Below are positions 60,805 through 62,017 of a DNA stretch of 62,017 nucleotides, piece by piece. How positions within the stretch are numbered: the stretch's first letter is position 1; the number at the start of each line of letters is the position of its first letter. Location of the stretch: positions 1 through 62,017 of the forward strand of contig CAIZVZ010000004.1 of assembly GCA_903936565.1 (NCBI GenBank), in the 5' to 3' direction. The notes beneath the pieces were generated by a model that made no database searches, was not told where the DNA came from, and was given only the letters and a program-made list of their open reading frames with translations. The position numbers and the translations under genes are program-made. The DNA is from an uncultured bacterium (GTDB lineage Bacteria > Patescibacteriota > Minisyncoccia > Phycocordibacterales > CAIZLB01).

Positions 60805-61057
60805 GGGTGGCTTTGCGTTTGCAAAACAGATGAGAGAGGATAAGGCCATTCAAGACTAACCCTGTTATGTCGACTAGGTGCGACACGAAAAAGTTTACCT
60901 AAGTGTTTTTTGTGCAATTTCGCCCCAAACATGCCAGCCAGACATGTCTGAAAGCTAATTACTCACAATAAGTTACTATCCGTGTCGCACCCTTCCTCGC
61001 CGATGATCAGTCCCGACCAGACGTGACGAGTCAACGTCACTGGGCATATGGTCCAGC
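60781..61057 (-). ncRNA. Candidate structured non-coding RNA (family unassigned)
   Basis: About 280-nt ORF-free, visibly G+C-richer interval bracketed by a promoter-like site and a minus-strand terminator. Long-range 11-bp helix GGTGCGACACG/CGTGTCGCACC (60877-60887 with 60981-60991). Hairpins at 61023-61040, 60939-60950 and 60812-60825. Confidence 0.4.
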
Positions 61058-61063
61058 GGTAAT

Positions 61064-61091
61064 ATAATACCACGTGATGATAATAAGTCAA
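61064..61091 (-). promoter_or_regulatory. Sigma-70-like promoter candidate for the ncRNA locus
   Basis: On the minus strand: TTGACT (61091-61086), a 16-nt spacer, then TATTAT (61069-61064). Confidence 0.35.
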
Positions 61092-61148
61092 TATAAGAAA
61101 CAAATAAAATCAATACATTTTATGCTATAATGACCTAACATTTTGAAA

Positions 61149-62017
61149 ATGAAGAAGGTTTTAATAATAAATACAACTCTCAACAAAGGTGGGGCGGCAA
61201 GAGTCGCTCGTGATATATTTGAAAATTTAAATTCAGATTTTGATATTTATTTTGCTTATGGACGAAACGCCCAGGGAGATGTATCGAGAACATTTCATTT
61301 TGGAAACAAAATTGAAATGTTCATTCATATATTTTTGGTTAGATTTTTGGGTCTCGAAGGTTGTGGCAGCTATTTTTCAACAAAAAAACTGATTAATTTT
61401 ATCAAGAGGGAAAATTTTGATCTAGTTAATTTGCACAATTTACACGGATATTACCTAAACTTCTTCACACTTTTGAATTTTCTAAGTAAGTCCAACATAC
61501 CAGTAGTCTATTCCCTTCACGACGAGTGGCCTATTACATGGATGCCAGCACATAGCTTGGGATGCAATCATTGCAAAACCGGCTTAGGTAAATGTACTAA
61601 TGCCTATGGTTATCCAAAAAGTTATTTCCCCTTTTTCCAAAGATACATGTTAACAAAGAAGAAGACGGCTTTTTTGAGTCAGTCCAATATGACCACCGTC
61701 TGCCCTTCTGTTTGGCTTGAATCCAATATAAAAAAAACATTTTTAGGGAAGTTTAAAAGCGTTGTTATTTCAAATGGTATTGATACTGAATTATTTAAAC
61801 CTGTGGCAGATAAACTAACCTTGAAAATCAAACATGATATACCGGAAGATAAAACAGTGATACTTTTTTCTGCGTCAAATTTGGATGACAAAAGCAAGGG
61901 AGTTGATTTTATTATAAAGGCAGCTAAGTTATTAAAAAATAAAGATTATATTTTTTTGGGACTTGGGGATGGTAAGATACAAGGAATAGAAAATATCAAA
62001 ACGACTGGATATATATA
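61149..62017 (+). CDS. Family-4 glycosyltransferase, N-terminal part (partial, runs off right edge)
   Basis: Not in the ORF track. From the ATG at 61149 I translated an open frame to the window end. MKKVLIINTTLNKGGAARVARDI..., NLHNLHGYYLNFFTLLNFL...PVVYSLHDEW and CNHCKTGLGKC fit the GT4 subgroup that has a Cys cluster after the first Rossmann half. Confidence 0.65.
   Translation, partial: MKKVLIINTTLNKGGAARVARDIFENLNSDFDIYFAYGRNAQGDVSRTFHFGNKIEMFIHIFLVRFLGLEGCGSYFSTKKLINFIKRENFDLVNLHNLHGYYLNFFTLLNFLSKSNIPVVYSLHDEWPITWMPAHSLGCNHCKTGLGKCTNAYGYPKSYFPFFQRYMLTKKKTAFLSQSNMTTVCPSVWLESNIKKTFLGKFKSVVISNGIDTELFKPVADKLTLKIKHDIPEDKTVILFSASNLDDKSKGVDFIIKAAKLLKNKDYIFLGLGDGKIQGIENIKTTGYI

Noticed and set aside
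60781-61057. Assigning the candidate ncRNA to RNase P RNA, tmRNA or SRP RNA
   Set aside because: GAGGAAGGGUGCG and ACAUAACAGGGUUAG only loosely resemble the RNase P CR-I/CR-V blocks and cannot form a P4 helix. There is no tRNA-like 3' end (..UCCACCA) for tmRNA. There is no GGAA-capped SRP domain IV motif. The family is left unassigned rather than forced.

Overview
This is an AT-rich, gene-dense 62-kb bacterial fragment read with the standard genetic code (TGA ends at least one clear gene). By inference it resembles a reduced Patescibacteria/CPR-type genome. Compact housekeeping genes (smc-like, rnc, nusB, rpmF, rnhB, dnaE, thrS, gyrB, pheST, tsf, rpsB, prfA, rpmE, rplY, fba) are interspersed with many secreted or membrane-anchored repeat proteins, a sortase and a glycosyltransferase cluster. 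I saw no rRNA, CRISPR array, transposase or integrase. The main result is a complete diversity-generating retroelement (DGR) on the minus strand at 38405-44299. It runs: membrane-anchored target gene with a C-terminal lectin-fold variable region (VR 41806-41993), a structured 3' flank, a RhuM-family gene, an Avd-like four-helix-bundle gene, the template repeat (TR 39775-39962), a spacer, and a reverse transcriptase with the IGNLTSQ and YVDD motifs. TR and VR differ at 8 of 188 positions. Seven of these are TR adenines on the coding strand, all in AAC codons. Unusual aspects are the RhuM gene inside the cassette, phased ATTTGC repeats and hairpins downstream of the VR, and a tandem GGCGATTYAG motif shared with a second surface-protein locus. 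Other items worth a second look are an ORF-free GC-rich locus (60781-61057, minus) with a promoter-like site and an intrinsic terminator, which is a candidate ncRNA. There are also two GC-rich single-gene islands, an SMC-like protein with no recognisable hinge, a NusB-Nudix fusion and a sortase beside a VPATG-bearing repeat protein. All functional calls rest on motif recognition by eye, with no database search.
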